This document shows positions 1 through 15,152 of a stretch of DNA of 64,000 bases, piece by piece. Both the position numbers and the translations under genes were made by a program. Each line of letters starts with the position of its first letter. Within the stretch, counting starts at the first letter, position 1. Source of the DNA: Octopus sinensis (lineage: Eukaryota); contig NC_042998.1 in assembly GCF_006345805.1 (NCBI RefSeq), positions 67,270,001-67,334,000 of the forward strand, written 5' to 3'. The notes beneath the pieces are model-generated. The model saw only the letters and a program-made list of their open reading frames with translations, was not told where the DNA came from and searched no databases.

Positions 1-2435
1 CATGCACAAATACACACATAGAAAGAGAGAGAGGAAGAGAGAGAAAGAAAGAAATTGAGAGAGATGCAAAGAGAGAGATTCATGGATTGATGGATGGATG
101 GATGGATGGATGGATGGACGGATAGGATAATGAGAGCACATATTGGTTTGTGTTTACGCGTAGATAACTCAATGGATGGAAAACCGAATAATATGGAAAG
201 CCTCAATAATTTCAGATTTGGACAACAAAATACGGAGTCTTAACTGTTTAGAGCATAGATAATTGGAAAATCCTCAAGGAAGTTTTTTTTTTCTAACGAC
301 AAATAAAAGAGTAACCTATTGCTGTTTAGACGATAGAGAAACTCTATTATTACCTTCCTTTATTTGCCCTTATTTGTAGAACTAGCATTAGCAACGTTAA
401 TGAATGTTCAGTTTTAGAGATGCGAATTAGGCTTAGTGCTCTGTATCGTAAAGAAATATGTTTTCATAAGATCACTGGGAAACGAGACTTTATCCTTATT
501 TTGACAGAAAACTTTGATTCACTTGTCGAATTAAACGCTTATTACATCTTCATCTAGCAGTCGGTTTATCTTACTTATTACGTAGAAAAAGAGTAGCTTA
601 TATGATGTATATAAGCAGGAGCTTCAACTACTTTCTAACATACATTTTTATATTTATATTGTTGTTTGAATAATAATTTCCTCCGTGTCAACTCATCTAT
701 TGCCAGTTCTTGAAGGTTTGTACGGTTGTTGAAATGTGAGCAGCATTTTGCGATACTTATTACTAGAATAGCGATAATTAATTCGTTTTTAAAAACAGAA
801 TGATATTTATTACAAGCTTATAAGTTTCATTAAACTGTTGAAGTAATTTGGACTTCATTGGTTTCTGATGGAATGTGTTGATTTATTTCACATCCGTTCT
901 TCTCAAGATGCATTTATTGTGCTTTATTACTGCGTAGTTATATTCTTGTTTGTTTTGTTTTATCAGTACAAGGTTATCATTAAACCTAAGTGAGCTCTTC
1001 AATAGCTTTCATTTTAGATTCCTCTATCTGTTTAACAGCTAAAATAGTTTGATGATATCAGGAATATATAAATTCTTTCAAGAGCAATTGGAGGTGAAGG
1101 TTTGTATTTCTATATACGCTGGCATCACTTGAAAACATTATGTACATAATGAAAAGAGATATCCACAGAATTATAATTATATTTCCCACTGCGGTCATTG
1201 CTATGGAAGGTATATTAAGATATCGTTGCTACGTTTGTTGAGGTTATATATATGTTAATTATGACTACAAATTAGCTTCCCTTTAGAGTGAATTTCAACA
1301 ATCTGATCCTATCAATTAATACCTCAAGGAATCGATTGAGCTTTAATGAGCAGGCTGGGTTTTATGGCAAATTTCTGCAGCTGATTAATAGCATTGATTC
1401 TTATTCTTTCCAATGCATAGCATGCATCTGAAATGACATCGTTTAACGGTGTTTTCCATCGTTGAACACTTTTCACTTAAGGCAGCAATACTGACTTTGT
1501 GGCTTGAAAACATTTTGTCGATAACAACCGTGCGTCTCTCAATTCTTTCACCTGAAACAACAGACATCGATGTTTTGCCTAGAAGTGACATGAAGCGAAC
1601 TGAACAACAAGCAAACTAGATATGTTTAAATACGAAGTCAACCACTTTCTCGCTACATCAGCTTTATCAAATATTACTTAATTAGCATACATTGTTATAG
1701 CTTTTATTTTTACGTCACCATTCAAAGCAAACGTGGATGCGGGAAACCATATTACAAATATTTTAGTAAGGCATCTATATTATGCTACTTTCTAGTTTGT
1801 TGTTTATGATGCTTAGTACTCCTATTAAAGATAATTTTCCTAATTACGTGCCATAGAAGAATTATGTATGTTTTCAGTGCAGAGAAACAACCTTATGTAA
1901 AGTGCATGCGCATGTATTTGACACTGCAAAGCAATGTTATTCAATGAGATATATTAATGCACTTATAAGACAATGTAGTTGTTACTATTGTTTAGCGGAG
2001 TAGCTATTATTATAGAATAAACCACAGATGTAAGGCTTTCATCAATGAACATACCATTTATTTTCACGGACAGAGTAGCGAATATTACGTTCAGTAATGT
2101 GTATTTTCTTTTCGTAGTGAATGTAGAGTGCAATTTTGGGGATATTTTGGCTTCAGATTCTTACAATCGAACGATTGCATCAAGAGAGCATTCAAAGATT
2201 CGTTGGCTTTTCGCGGTGCCTATTTAGATATGAACACTGTTATCAGCCGGGTAAATAACATTGATACGGTATTTTTTTTCCAAGATGATTATAGCATTAT
2301 CATGTTTTAGCGCTACACATTAAGTATTATCATGTTCAATCTATAACTAAATTGTATAAAATATGGTATCTTATCTAGAGAAATGCAATGTACATATAAA
2401 TGTGTGTGTCTGTGTCTGTGTATGTGTGAGTGCAC

Positions 2436-2501
<66 letters not shown>

Positions 2502-5474
2502 CACATATTAGCCGGTTTTAAACATTATTTTGGGAAATATTACTTATCAAGATATAGACAAGATATTGACAGCGAATCTCTTCTACTTAAGATTCATATT
2601 ATCATTCTGGGCTCTTAAATATAACCACGAATTTCAAACAATGTGCTCATTATCTTTTTTTAACACTTTAACACGATTATTGATTCCTTTTAAATTTCAC
2701 TCACTTTAATGTTCCATAAAGCAAATGTTAGAACTTGCTTGAGAACACTGCTTTGTGGTTACTGTCTTTTCTTTCATTCCGCTGCTACATCTCAGCTGTT
2801 CACCTATCTCTAGCGAGTTACCATCACTTTCCGCATACCTCCGTCATCATTCCTTTGTCTCTGAACTAGAATCAACGTTAATGGAAGATTCTTGATAAAT
2901 TTAGGCGCTTGCCGACTGATTCAATTTGGATATGATGGCATCCTTGAATCACTATCATCTGCATTTTTTTCTCAGCCATCACATTTGTTCTTTTTCTTTT
3001 TTACGTTACATTTTGTTATCTTCACAACCAATTCACATTTCTGTATCTTTCGGTTCGTCATCTTTTCCTCTGTCTCCTCAATCAAATTGCAATAACCCTA
3101 AAGGAGCGATATTGCAAGAATATATTATCTCTTTTCATTTCCAAGTATTGCTAATACATTTACCCTTATATTTTCTTACTTTAATAATGATTTCGCGTTT
3201 TTATTTATATATTAATTCCTCTAACGCATTTACAATTGCATGTATTTGTGGTTTTTATTATGTTTCACTGCTTTATGTTTTCTTCTGCATTTATGGTTGT
3301 GTATTTCTTATACATGTCATAATCAATAGAGTTATTGTATTTCAGCCACAGAGAAAAGCTGCCAAATTTACCATTTTCTTTATAATCTGCTCTCTCTCTT
3401 TTACTCTCTCCGTCTTTTTCGGTCTCTCTCTCTCTCTCTCCCTCTTTCAAAGCCTTATTTTCAATACTTCCCAATTGTCTCTTATTCCCAACCGATGTTA
3501 CTATCTCTTTTTTTTCCTAGTGAAACGTATTACAGATCAATGTATTATTTTCATCTTAAAGTACAGAACAGCAGCGCAGTGAATGGGTTGTTTCAATATT
3601 GAAGTTAGATAACACAGCTTTTGTAATAAAATGATATTCCTACACCCTCAAGAGGTTATTACCTTAATGCTGCAACTCATACTGTTGCCAATAATAATAA
3701 ATAATAAACATATTAATGGCGATGAAGATGATTACGACGACGATGGTGGTGGTGGTGGAGGTGGTGATTATGATGAGGGATATAAGAACATTGTTATATC
3801 ATGAAGACAGCCAGTATGTGGGCAACGTTAATGCTGAGGCGCTGTGGTGCTTGTTTTTAAAGTGACCAAAGTCAGAGCCACATTAATTGACTAAAAGAAT
3901 AAGAAATCTCTCCAAAATGAACAACATACTGAACACTTTATATCCAAAAAGAGAAAGGGGCGACAGCTTGTTAAGAATAGAAAAAGACCATCAGTGCAGC
4001 AGTTTAGGTTTTCATTATTCGTTGTGACGAATATCTGCCTGTTGCTAGAAATATTAAAGACGTCGCTGGAATAGTGAGAAATTATAACTGTAATTGAGAA
4101 ACGTGAATTTATTCATGACAAAAAGAAATAAAAGCAGAGTGTTTTGGAAGTTCATTGGCTGTGGCTGAGAGATGTAAACTTGAATTGAGAAACCATATCC
4201 TTAAATATAACTCACAAAGTCAAGACAATAGAATGAATTTCATAAAGGGAAATAGTGATAATATTGAGACAAGGTGCAAACGCAGTATGTTTAAAAAAGA
4301 AGGACGAAAGTAATAATTATCTTCTAAGGAATTTAAGGAACGATGTGTTTTTTCTATACGTATTTTTGTTGTCTAACACCCTAAATTTCTCGAAGTTTTA
4401 TAAACATTTACTTGTCATACATGAGAAATTACCTTGGATGTGTATTCTACTTACATTTATTGGTACCTGATTGCTAGATATAATTAGCCAAATGAACTAT
4501 CTGTGATATGCAAGAGTTCTTACATAAGCAAAGGCCATTTTGTGCTGAACCTGATATGTTTAAAAAACTCATCCATCACTTTAGGATTAATAAGTGAATT
4601 CACTAAAATTCATTTCTGTCAATCTCGAAGCAGAACCCAATTTTCTCGATTTATATAATCTATCATTTTAAATGTGAAAATATAATAAAATATCATGAAT
4701 AGTATATCTACGCTGCTTCACTTCCTTCATTCATTACTTAGACCTAAAATGTCTAAATTATATTTCAAAATTTTTGTTGATTAACGTAAATAAATAACAA
4801 AGAAGCTGTTACTATAGATACTTCAGAAGAATAAATTCTCATCAGAGATTCTATAAATTATTGACTTTCTTCATTGTTGAAATTCACGCCATTGTTTGGG
4901 GTTGTTTGTTTTTTTCTTAAGTTTTGTCATTTATATATTTTTTCGTATTTTTCTTTACTGTTTACGAATTGCTATGCATAATATATTTAACAGATCAGTT
5001 TAGATTCACTACAATCTAAATTCTTAAATATTTATTTATTACGTTACACTTATGTCTTCAAATACTTTAACCGTCAGAGAAAATTAATATGTTAATGAAA
5101 GTAGAAGTATATGATTAATATATCACAGCATCGGTTTAATTGATACTCTGAGACAGGAAATGAAATTGAAAAACTGAAATTTAAACAACAAAATGAAAAT
5201 GTAGTGGTTGATAATCTATCTTAAAAAGATGATAAACTCATTAATAAACATATTATTTCTTTCATTATGAGAAAAGTTATGTGGACCAGTTATTATACAA
5301 TAATATACCTAACATTAAAAATCCATTTAATATTTTTACCTTTATAGCATAAACGTGTTGAGTCTATTTCTAACTATTTCGAACTTCTCACATTTAATAT
5401 ATTTAATATATTTATTTTCGTATTGGTATAATCATTAAAGCGTCGGACAGAATGCCTATTCTGTATATTCCATG

Positions 5475-5605
5475 CTAAGTTTCCGCCGTGTTCAACTTTG
5501 TCTTTCATTCTTCCACAGCAGATAAAAGTACCAGTCAAGTACTGGAGTCGACACTATCGATTACAGACACTTGTTATCAAAATTGCTGGCCTTGTGCTTA
5601 AATGA
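5475..5605 (+). mobile_element. Diverged 3' part of tRNA-derived SINE, family B
   Basis: ccgccgtgttcaactttgtctttcattc...aaagtaccagt...ggccttgtgc matches the central and 3' segment of the better copies at 23661 and 42983. Confidence 0.6.
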
Positions 5606-6188
5606 GTAACCAAATAGAACGACCAGACAGAATCGTTAGAAGACTGAAAAAATGTTCAGAGATCTCTTCTGGTTATTTTCCTGTTGCATTCAATTCCCAT
5701 TAATGTGAAATTTAACATTGATCCCATCAGAGTGGATAATACGAAGAAATGAAATCGATGGTATTGAGTCACCCTCTTGGCTATCTTTGTGCCTGTGTTA
5801 TCTACTCAGTAGATAACCACATCTGTCCTACACACGACAGAAGCTCCACAAGTCGTTAATGCTGAGCCATTGGACGAGAGTGTGGTAGAACGGCTGCGTC
5901 GCTCTACGCCTTTTAGACACGCTTAGCTGACGTCTTTTCCGTGTTTTTTTAATTTATATCGAACCGACACAGCCCACCCACCCCGACAGCACTCTCATGC
6001 AAGCACTTTCTACAAATTACCCATGAGCCACGGAGTGAAAAATCTTTCTCTACTAATCAAGCAATTGATTTCCATTAACCCTCAGAGTTTTCCCGAGGTC
6101 GTCGTGCGTTTTCCACTTTATAAATCCTTTATAAGGCGCCTTTGTGGAATTTTCGAAGATCGCAATAATCGAAGGCTTTGACCCCTTT

Positions 6189-6270
6189 ATGACACTTCAG
6201 AAACCTCGTGCTGTCATAGAATTCCTGCTTTTTCAAGGAGACGAGCTGCAGTGATACCATGAGTGTAGAT
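6189..6270 (+). mobile_element. Possible mariner transposase N-terminal remnant
   Basis: ATG at 6189 reads MTLQKPRAVIEFLLFQG then a stop. This resembles the QRAVIEFL start of mariner transposases, but it is short. Confidence 0.45.
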
Positions 6271-6424
6271 TTTCTGCCATGTCAACGTGATTAACACTTT
6301 TTCCAAGTATTGACGTTTATATATATATTTTTTTCCAACGGAAGCAAATCAAAGTATTTGCAATTCCAGCAAACAAGCTGCTAATAATAATAATACAAAT
6401 TATTCCGCCTTAATAATGATACTA

Positions 6425-6640
6425 AATTCTTTAAATTTTGGTCCCAAGGGCAGAAGTGTTGGTGGTAGGGAAAAGTCGATTAGATCTACGCCAGTGATCA
6501 GCTGGTGTTTATTTCATCGACCGCAAAACAATGAAAGGTAAAATCAACCTAGGCAGAATTTCAACCAAAAACGAAGAAATGGACAAAATGCCGCTAAGCA
6601 TTTAGATCAGCTTGCTAACATTTTTGAAATTTTGCCGCCT
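6425..6640 (-). mobile_element. tRNA-derived SINE, family B (diverged)
   Basis: Reverse complement of the family B body (tttcatcgaccgc...atgaaaggtaaaatcaacctaggcagaattt...ccgcct). Confidence 0.75.
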
Positions 6641-6663
6641 ATAATAATAATAATAACAACAAC

Positions 6664-6704
<41 letters not shown>

Positions 6705-6790
6705 TGATAATAATAATGATAACGATAATAATAACAATAATAATAATATAATAATAATAATAATAATAATTAATAATAATAATAATAATA
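6641..6790 (+). repeat. (AAT)n microsatellite
   Basis: About 150 bp of imperfect AAT repeats. Confidence 0.97.
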
Positions 6791-6999
6791 TTCAGACAAA
6801 TACATAACAAAAACACCAGGACTTACAAACACATATAACATACAGAAAATTGCACTACTAGGCACTGCACACATCCTACGCAGAACACTTTCCATACAAT
6901 AACCATCAGAGCATCAGAACAAATCACAGCACATACCCAAGGCACACAGAGCTGCGCTCGGTAGTGAAGTGAAAGCACGCTATAAAAATAAAACTACTG
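6791..6999 (+). mobile_element. 3' end of R4/Dong-type RLE LINE inside (TAA)n
   Basis: Reads SDKYITKTPGLTNTYNIQKIALLGTAHILRRTLSIQ* (stop 6900-6902), the C-terminal motif shared with the other RLE LINE copies here. A short 3' UTR follows, with AAT repeats on both sides. Confidence 0.85.
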
Positions 7000-7058
7000 A
7001 ATAATGATAATAATAATAATAGGTAGAAGAGCTGCAGGAGAAGCATCAGGTACAGAAA

Positions 7059-7087
7059 AGCAGCAGCAGCAGCAGCAGCAGTAGTAC

Positions 7088-7157
<70 letters not shown>
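7059..7157 (+). repeat. (AGC)n/(AGT)n microsatellite
   Basis: Direct reading. Confidence 0.95.
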
Positions 7158-7158
<1 letters not shown>

Positions 7159-8231
7159 ACAACTCATTACCGCAATGAGGGAGAAAGGAAATCTAAGACC
7201 AGATGCCTTTGAGCCCCGAATTAACCATTTGTGGCCACTTCTTGGAAATTTTTCTACACTAAAATATTCTGATAAAATATTTCCTTAACCTGAAAATGAT
7301 GTAATGGTTTACGTCACCTCGGCATTTTCTTCTCATTCATTTAGTCGTTCTTGCTATTTAGTTCATCCAGTAGCATTTTTAGGAAGAACATTTACGCATG
7401 CAATAAATGGAAGAAAATCCAATTAGATTCGTGTATCACGTAATATTTACTGACTGACATTGTCAAATTTAATTAATATAAATGATTACAGATAGGATCT
7501 GTATCTATAAATAAATTTTTCAGTCCAAATGTATCTGTTTTCTTCGTGTATAATGATATATCAGCTTTTCGCGTCTCAACCTAAATTAGTTATATATATA
7601 TATATATATATCAACCAGTTACGTGCAGTCCCATCGTGGTCCGTTTGTAACGAGTTGCGTAAATATTGATGACTAATTTTAGAGTAGTTTTTGTGTCATG
7701 TTGACATATTTTCCTGCTGATTTCATGCTGTTTTGTAATAGAATACCTCAAGCTGCATTCATCACAAAAATATATAAATAAAAATGCATTTGCAGCTTAG
7801 CCTCAATAGTTGGCTAGAATCACGATATATTATTTCAGTAACCTTGCCTCCTAAAGGCTTCTATTATCTTTATAACTGTCTATACACGATATCACACAAT
7901 TCTTTATCATCTACAATCTCAGACTTGATATTCCGTATGAAATAATTAATTTAAGTACGTTCGTGTGTTCAGCGGAATTTGTGACATTTTGAGCATCTAT
8001 GTTGGGTTTAGGTTTCCGTTTACTGTTAAAGAACAAAACGAAAAGCATCATTTTCTACGCTGTCAATGTGATGTAGATTTGTATTTTAATTTAGTTTTTC
8101 ATCTCTTCTCCTTGGTTTCCTTCTTTTCGTGTTAATGCATTTTGCATAAGAACGTATCAAGAGTATTCATGCGAAAAGAAATAATGATTTTAAATACATT
8201 TCGAGGAATGTCAGTGTAATTTTTTTTAGCT

Positions 8232-8234
8232 ATA

Positions 8235-8300
<66 letters not shown>

Positions 8301-8344
8301 GTTATCATTATTGTTATTATTATTATTTTTATTATTATTATTTC

Positions 8345-8380
<36 letters not shown>

Positions 8381-8430
8381 CATCATCATCATTATTATTA
8401 TTATTATTATCATCATTATTATTATTATTA

Positions 8431-8479
<49 letters not shown>

Positions 8480-8503
8480 CATTATTATTGCTATCATTAT
8501 CAT
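8232..8503 (+). repeat. (ATT)n/(ATC)n microsatellite
   Basis: About 270 bp. Source of the poly-I, poly-N and poly-L pseudo-ORFs. Confidence 0.97.
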
Positions 8504-8656
8504 TAAAAGACACACTACTGTGTCACTATTAACATTTCTAATTGCGATTTCGTTTGACAAGAAATTGAAAAGAATTACTGCAATTACACGGGTATGACGT
8601 CCACTTATGTCATGAAACATCGTGCGCGCACACGTACACTTAGGCACACACATATG

Positions 8657-8714
<58 letters not shown>

Positions 8715-8937
8715 CACATATTTGCATTAGTGAGTTGAGAAATTGCGAACAGGTTGCCAATTGACATTCTAATTTAAATTGTAAAATCACATTCACATTT
8801 GAAATAACTTGTGAATGCAGTCTTTAAGATAGATTTACTTACGATGTATCGAGACCAGTCGGTTTCTGCAATACTTTAATGCTCATGATCAAATTTTCCC
8901 CCATATTAAAACCATTTACATACGTACATAAATATAC

Positions 8938-8971
<34 letters not shown>

Positions 8972-9392
8972 GTGTGTATGTATGTATGTATGTATGTATG
9001 TATGTATGTATGTGTGTGTGTGTGTGTGTGTATCAAAACTTGCATAAACGGCTAAATAAAATGTGTCTGGTTTCATTTTAAATTTGTTGAGATTTCTAAA
9101 CAAAATATTTATCTATATGAACTGAAAAAATTATCTATGTACAAGATATACTTATTTACATCAATATGTCAATATCAGAGAAGAATGTATAACCAATGTT
9201 ATGATATCTGGAGAAGACGCCAGTTTGTTGATAGAGTTTAATGTTTGAATGGTTTGGAGCAGTTCATACGTTTCCGTGATGACACTCACGTGCTAAAAAT
9301 ACTTATGATTCAATTAGTTTCATTTTATTGTGTAGAAGAGGAATATAATAGATGCATGTAGATATATAGACACATATATATGTATACATGTA

Positions 9393-10270
9393 TAGGACGT
9401 TTCAAAACATTTGATATCGTTTGCGATGTAAATATCACAAAAAGTACAAAGTCAAAGCAAATGAAACTAAACAGGCTTAATGTTGAGCAACATAAGATTT
9501 ATGCCTTCAAATTTGAATAAGAAATTCAAAGGTATGTGGATTCCATGAAAGATTTCACATCGCAGGTCACATTTCCCTCAAAGATAAACGGGTCATGAAG
9601 ATGCTCCTTGGAGATGGCACAAAACACATTCACTTTCCCTATCATGCTCAACTTTGGCATGGGGAATTTCTTCGCCCCAAATGCGAACACTATGCTTATT
9701 GACTTTGCCATTCGTATGGAATGTGGCCTCATCATTTAAAACAAGACGTCCCTTGAACTCTGCTCCATCACGTCTCTCTTGCATATCATCACAGAATTGT
9801 TCGCGCTTTTGCTTGCCATCTGCTCTGATGGCCTGGACGAGATTCAGCTTGTAGGGTTTCATTAGCAAGCGTTTCCTCGAGACGCGCCAAACTGTCGTTG
9901 GAGAAATCTGGGTTTCCAGACTTGTTCTTCTTATTCAATGGTAGAGGTCATCCATATGCTATTGTCCTGCACAGACAGCCTTCCTTTTTGAATTTTGTGT
10001 GTCATGTTCAAATCTGCAATTGCGTTGGTGACGTTTTAGAGAACTTTCTCACAAATACATGCTGCACAGTCTTGGTCGAATATGTTCGCCCATACTCCAA
10101 AACACAAAATGCCTTTTCTCTTCCAGTGAATGCCATTTCTATACCTGAAAAGATAAAAATATAAAATTTTACCTGTTTCTACATATACTGTTAAACTTTG
10201 AAGTCATTTGAACAAGGACTGGTAAAGTTATTAGAACGAGAGATGATATCAATTTTTTTGAAACACTCTG
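9393..10270 (-). mobile_element. Internally deleted Tc1/mariner DNA transposon (DUF4817-type N-terminus), both terminal inverted repeats present, TA TSDs
   Basis: Left end TA|TAGGACGTTTCAAAACATTTGATATC versus right end (reverse complement) TA|CAGAGTGTTTCAAAAAAATTGATATC. The minus strand from ATG 10136 reads MAFTGREKAFCVLEYGRT..., then KPYKL...LNDEATFHTNGKVNKHSVRIWG and KVNVFCAIS, with stops and frameshifts. Confidence 0.88.
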
Positions 10271-10309
10271 TATATGTACTACACCATATCTAAAAATACT
10301 CCCATATAT

Positions 10310-11115
10310 CTCCACACACAGCCATAGAAACATTGAGTCCTTCAACATCATCATCCAAATTCTATCAATTCTCACTGAAGATAAATCAATGAACAAATCA
10401 CAAAATTATCAAGAGCAAAATGCAACCGAAATCATTGGAAAAAATATTAACCAGCGCAACTATATCCACTCACAACGGAACCAAAAGTCAAAAAAATGCG
10501 GGCGACCTAACTGTGGTACATATTCCCACTTTTTGGAGGATACAGAGTTTCACTTCAAACAAGATGAAATATTGAAGATAAAATAAAATTTCACCTGTGC
10601 CTCTGAAACTTTATCACTATGTAAGTCAAACAAGAATGTCATTCCGACGAAAAACAACTCTTCAGAAAGAACAAATACACTACCCACAATATAGACAGAT
10701 ACATGTCAGTGAGCACATAGAAAGATGCGCTAGGAACCTTAAATCGAACTTCCTAATTTTCCTTATTTATTAATCTTCACGGAACACCTCAGTACAGCAA
10801 AGATTAAATAAAGAGACAACTTTCATTAATAAATATCATCCACAACTCAACATGAATACACAACTTAATACCGGACACCACTAACTTTACCAAGTCCAGT
10901 AATTCCCCTAATCTCCATATATTCCGTACAGCATTCGTATTCCAGCATTTATATCCGCCTTAATTGCATCACTTCCAGAACTGTTTAATTCCCTTCTATG
11001 TAATCTTTTCACTCGGGTACTATTAAACCCAACACCCTTTGGAAATCGGTGTTCATTCAAAGTCAGTGGTCAGCTCTGACGATATGACTTTGAATCTCTA
11101 TAATGATTCATAAAA
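10310..11115 (+). mobile_element. Decayed Penelope-like element 3' fragment (GIY-YIG region plus tail)
   Basis: Frame pieces IIKSKMQPKSLEKIL, KCGRPNCGT and NFTCASE align with the less-decayed copy at 51095-51800. Confidence 0.85.
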
Positions 11116-11244
11116 AAGATTTATATACTTCATAATTCCACCTCAAATACTCTAATTGTATGTATATAGTTTTGGTTTTCTTAAAAAAGCGTTTATTTTT
11201 CATTTCTAATGTGCATTTTCTCTGTTTTCTTTTTACTTTTCCCT

Positions 11245-11319
<75 letters not shown>

Positions 11320-13545
11320 TGTGTGTGTGTGTGTGTGAGTGTGTGTGGAAGGCCTTCAAGATTTCTTCTCGCATAACTCAATCTGAATGGTACAGGTTTA
11401 ATAGGACCTCAGCTTTAGCTTAGTGTAAAAGATATTTATATACTGGTTACAACTTCAGTTTTATTTCTCAGTAGGCAGAAGAATATCGAATTGTTCTTAC
11501 AGTACCTCATTTTATTTTAGTCCTCCATAGATATTGCAAAAACCTTATTGTCGATCCTCGAAGAGATCAGTGGCTATATTAACAACCTGAGTATACTCGA
11601 TGCAGTTGAACCAACAGGTGATGCAAATAAAACTGATTTGTTTAATCGAGACCACGGTCATAAACGCTATTAACATATCTAATCATCTAATCTGTCACTG
11701 ACCAGAAAATGCAGCTCTTTTCTCTGATGAATATTACCTAGATTAGGTTTTTGTTAGAGTGGCCTCGTTTCCTTTAGTATATATAAATACCTTTCAGTTA
11801 TCACATACTTGACAGACGAGCAACATTTATATATGTATGCGTATGTATCTGTCTATATGCACTCGTATACATAAGATTTATATAAACGCATTAAAGCCAT
11901 ATATATATATATACATATATATATGTGTGTGTGTGTGTGTGTTTATGTATATATGTATATATGTATGTATTGTGTGTGTGTGTGTGTGTATTTTGATTGG
12001 GAAGAAATATGTCGGTTACATGAACGAACATAATTTTAATTGCATCTTTCTTCTGCTGAACATATAGCTATCGTTACTTTCTTCTTTTATTCCTATTTCT
12101 CTGAGCGATAAATCTCTGCAAAAATGTTTTATATGATTAACTTGGCATAATTGTTCTATTTAACAAAATTACAATCTCTTTGATTGGGACTTAAATGTAG
12201 TTAGCATTGTCAAATATTTTTATGTACTTTGATAAATGTATGTTGAAAATCTTGCTTCTTGTCGAGTGACTTTCTTTGGATTTAGCATGCATTTATTGTT
12301 CGCTACACTAATCTACTAATTGAAATTCAAATATTCGTTCAAATACATGATAATAAGATGTTAATCAGTACAAAATTCTCTTAGCGAAATTTCTAAAACA
12401 TTAGAACGGATTTCTTTTTCCATTCTAACAGCTAACATGTAATGAAGAAGACCTAATTAATTCGATTTCATTTTAATATAATACAATGATCCATCTTCGT
12501 TTGTCTTGCACGGTAAATTAATATACCATTTCATGTATTTCAGATTTTGTGAAACGAGACGCATAAATTAATGTTAGTCAATAGCGCTTCTAAAGCGTTA
12601 CCAGACCAGCTAGAAATAGTAAAGAATTCTTCTTTAGATTATATCTAACGAATTTTCGAGGGAAGGTATTAAACTTTGTGATATAGTCTTAGATGCAGTC
12701 ATGAGAAGTTGGTCAACACAGAATATCTAATCTAACTGGAACGACAGTCAATCTGCAAAGAATCTACTAGATGGACACAGTTTTTGCCAAAAAGGTCAGG
12801 CAAATCTCTCTCAAAAAATGCATTACCATTTTAAATAAGATAATACATATTAGACAGTCTAGGCCTAGATAGCCGGGGCTACACGGGTGTAGTTGTCCAT
12901 GACCGAAACAAAAACAAGTTATGTTAATTTGAAAATATATAAATATCAGTCAATAATATTGGCTTCAATGAATGTATTTCAGGAACCGAAACGTTTATGT
13001 ATTTTAGCTCATTATCAAATTTTTTATCCTTTAAGTGTAGGATCTGTGAGTGATTTAACTATTAATACAAGCTGATTAATAGACGATATATACAATGCTC
13101 TCTCTAGTTCATTTTTACATATTCAGCGGATTTTAAACGTTGCTATTCGGTTTGGATAACGAGGTTATCCAAATTCTATAAATTTCAGCCAAATATTTGA
13201 ATGATTTGAAATGTATGATTATAATTTGGAAAATATATAAGTATATCTAATAAAACTATAGATTTTTAAATTGTATTTCTGAAATTGTAATGATAACACT
13301 TTTTAAAATATTCAAACGTATTGTTTGTTATATTGTGATTCACAAGGCATGAAAAATTATTGAGAGCTCCGGTTTTATTCTATAGATTTCAGTTTGTTTT
13401 GACCTAATATTATCAGCTATCGATTTACAAAATAAGCATTATAGATCATTATTATTTAAGTTTTAGTTACGTTATTGTTGTACCTGAACGCACTGAAAGA
13501 AGAGTGTTTAAAAAATATATATGTCAGCTATATATATTCAAGACC

Positions 13546-13604
13546 GTGCTCAGTATGGCCACAGTCAAATGACTGAAACAAGTAAAACAATAGAATAATA
13601 AAAG
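13546..13604 (+). mobile_element. 3' tail only of SINE family A
   Basis: cagtatggccacagtcaaatgactgaaacaagtaaaa matches the tail of the copy at 14621-15033. Confidence 0.75.
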
Positions 13605-14620
13605 GATGGTCCAGATGATGGTTTAAAACCTCCAAACGCATTCAAGGGCAACCTGAGAATTCTAAAACCATTAAACCTACACATGGTCCAGATAGTGTTG
13701 TTAGACATGGTGATGGTTGTATCTATATAGACGCATACACTCCAATTGATTGCTATCAAGAAGGTTCCATCGGGCAAAAATCACTTTTAATTAAATAGGA
13801 GCACGAAGATTGTGTGAGAAAACAATAGACCCATTGTGTTCTGCAGAGAGTTTGAACATGTCAATGTGGTTGAAAGGTTGAACATTTTAAGCACACGTGG
13901 CCATGATAACAGTTTGTTTCGTTCGGAAAACCAGTAATTTTTATGATCCCTCAATAGCTCCGATTAACCGTTTGGAATTGTACTGGAGTAACAGACATTG
14001 ATGTATTTAAACTCATTTATACAGGATTCAACAAAGTTCTTATGCATACTGTGAAAAAGTACTAGAAATCTTTAGTATAAGGTTTCAACAAGCTGCGAGT
14101 GTAAAGATTGTTTTTGCTCCGAGAAAAGATATTTCAAATATATATTGAATGAAAATGAACAAAAAATGTATAACATTGCTGGCAGTCATAGATATTTGTA
14201 CTTGAAAACCTGAATATGTATTGCAACTATAGAGGCAGCATGGCAGTGATGTATGATTGTAGCTGAAACACAGGTTCCAACCGAATCTCATTGTGCACAT
14301 CGTTCAATAGATTCTGATTAGAAGGCCCCGTACAGTGTGACCTTTCTGGCAAAAATTTGTAATCGCTCTCTGTTCTTTATACATACGTGCTTGATTGTGC
14401 GTGCATTATATCTGTGTGAATGTGTGCCTATGTCTGTGCCTGTGTGCGCGCGCGTGCGTGTGCTTGAGTATGAGTGTGATCACAGTAAAACGTAAAGCAT
14501 ACAAGTGTGCATGCGCAAGAAGAAAACATACTCACCCAGTTTCCTGCGAATCTATCAATCTATCTATTCATCTATTCATCTACTTTCTCTAGTATATACA
14601 TGTAAATATATATATATATA

Positions 14621-15152
<532 letters not shown>

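Noticed and set aside
640-1591. Minus-strand acceptor-led frames with similar words (AINQLQ at 1324-1427, AIEELT at 986-1038, AIDELT downstream of 762) suggesting alternative last exons, and the 68-aa ORF at 1385-1591
   Set aside because: Similarity is limited to about 6 residues, the acceptors are weak and no protein family is recognised. Chance is sufficient without transcript data.
2926-3582. 218-aa hydrophobic ORF
   Set aside because: T-rich low-complexity sequence including a CT repeat. The F/I/L/S bias is compositional and there are no family motifs.
8132-8767. Poly-I, poly-N, poly-L, poly-Y and YI/CV-repeat ORFs here and throughout the track
   Set aside because: These are translations of ATT, TA, TG, CATA and GATA microsatellites.
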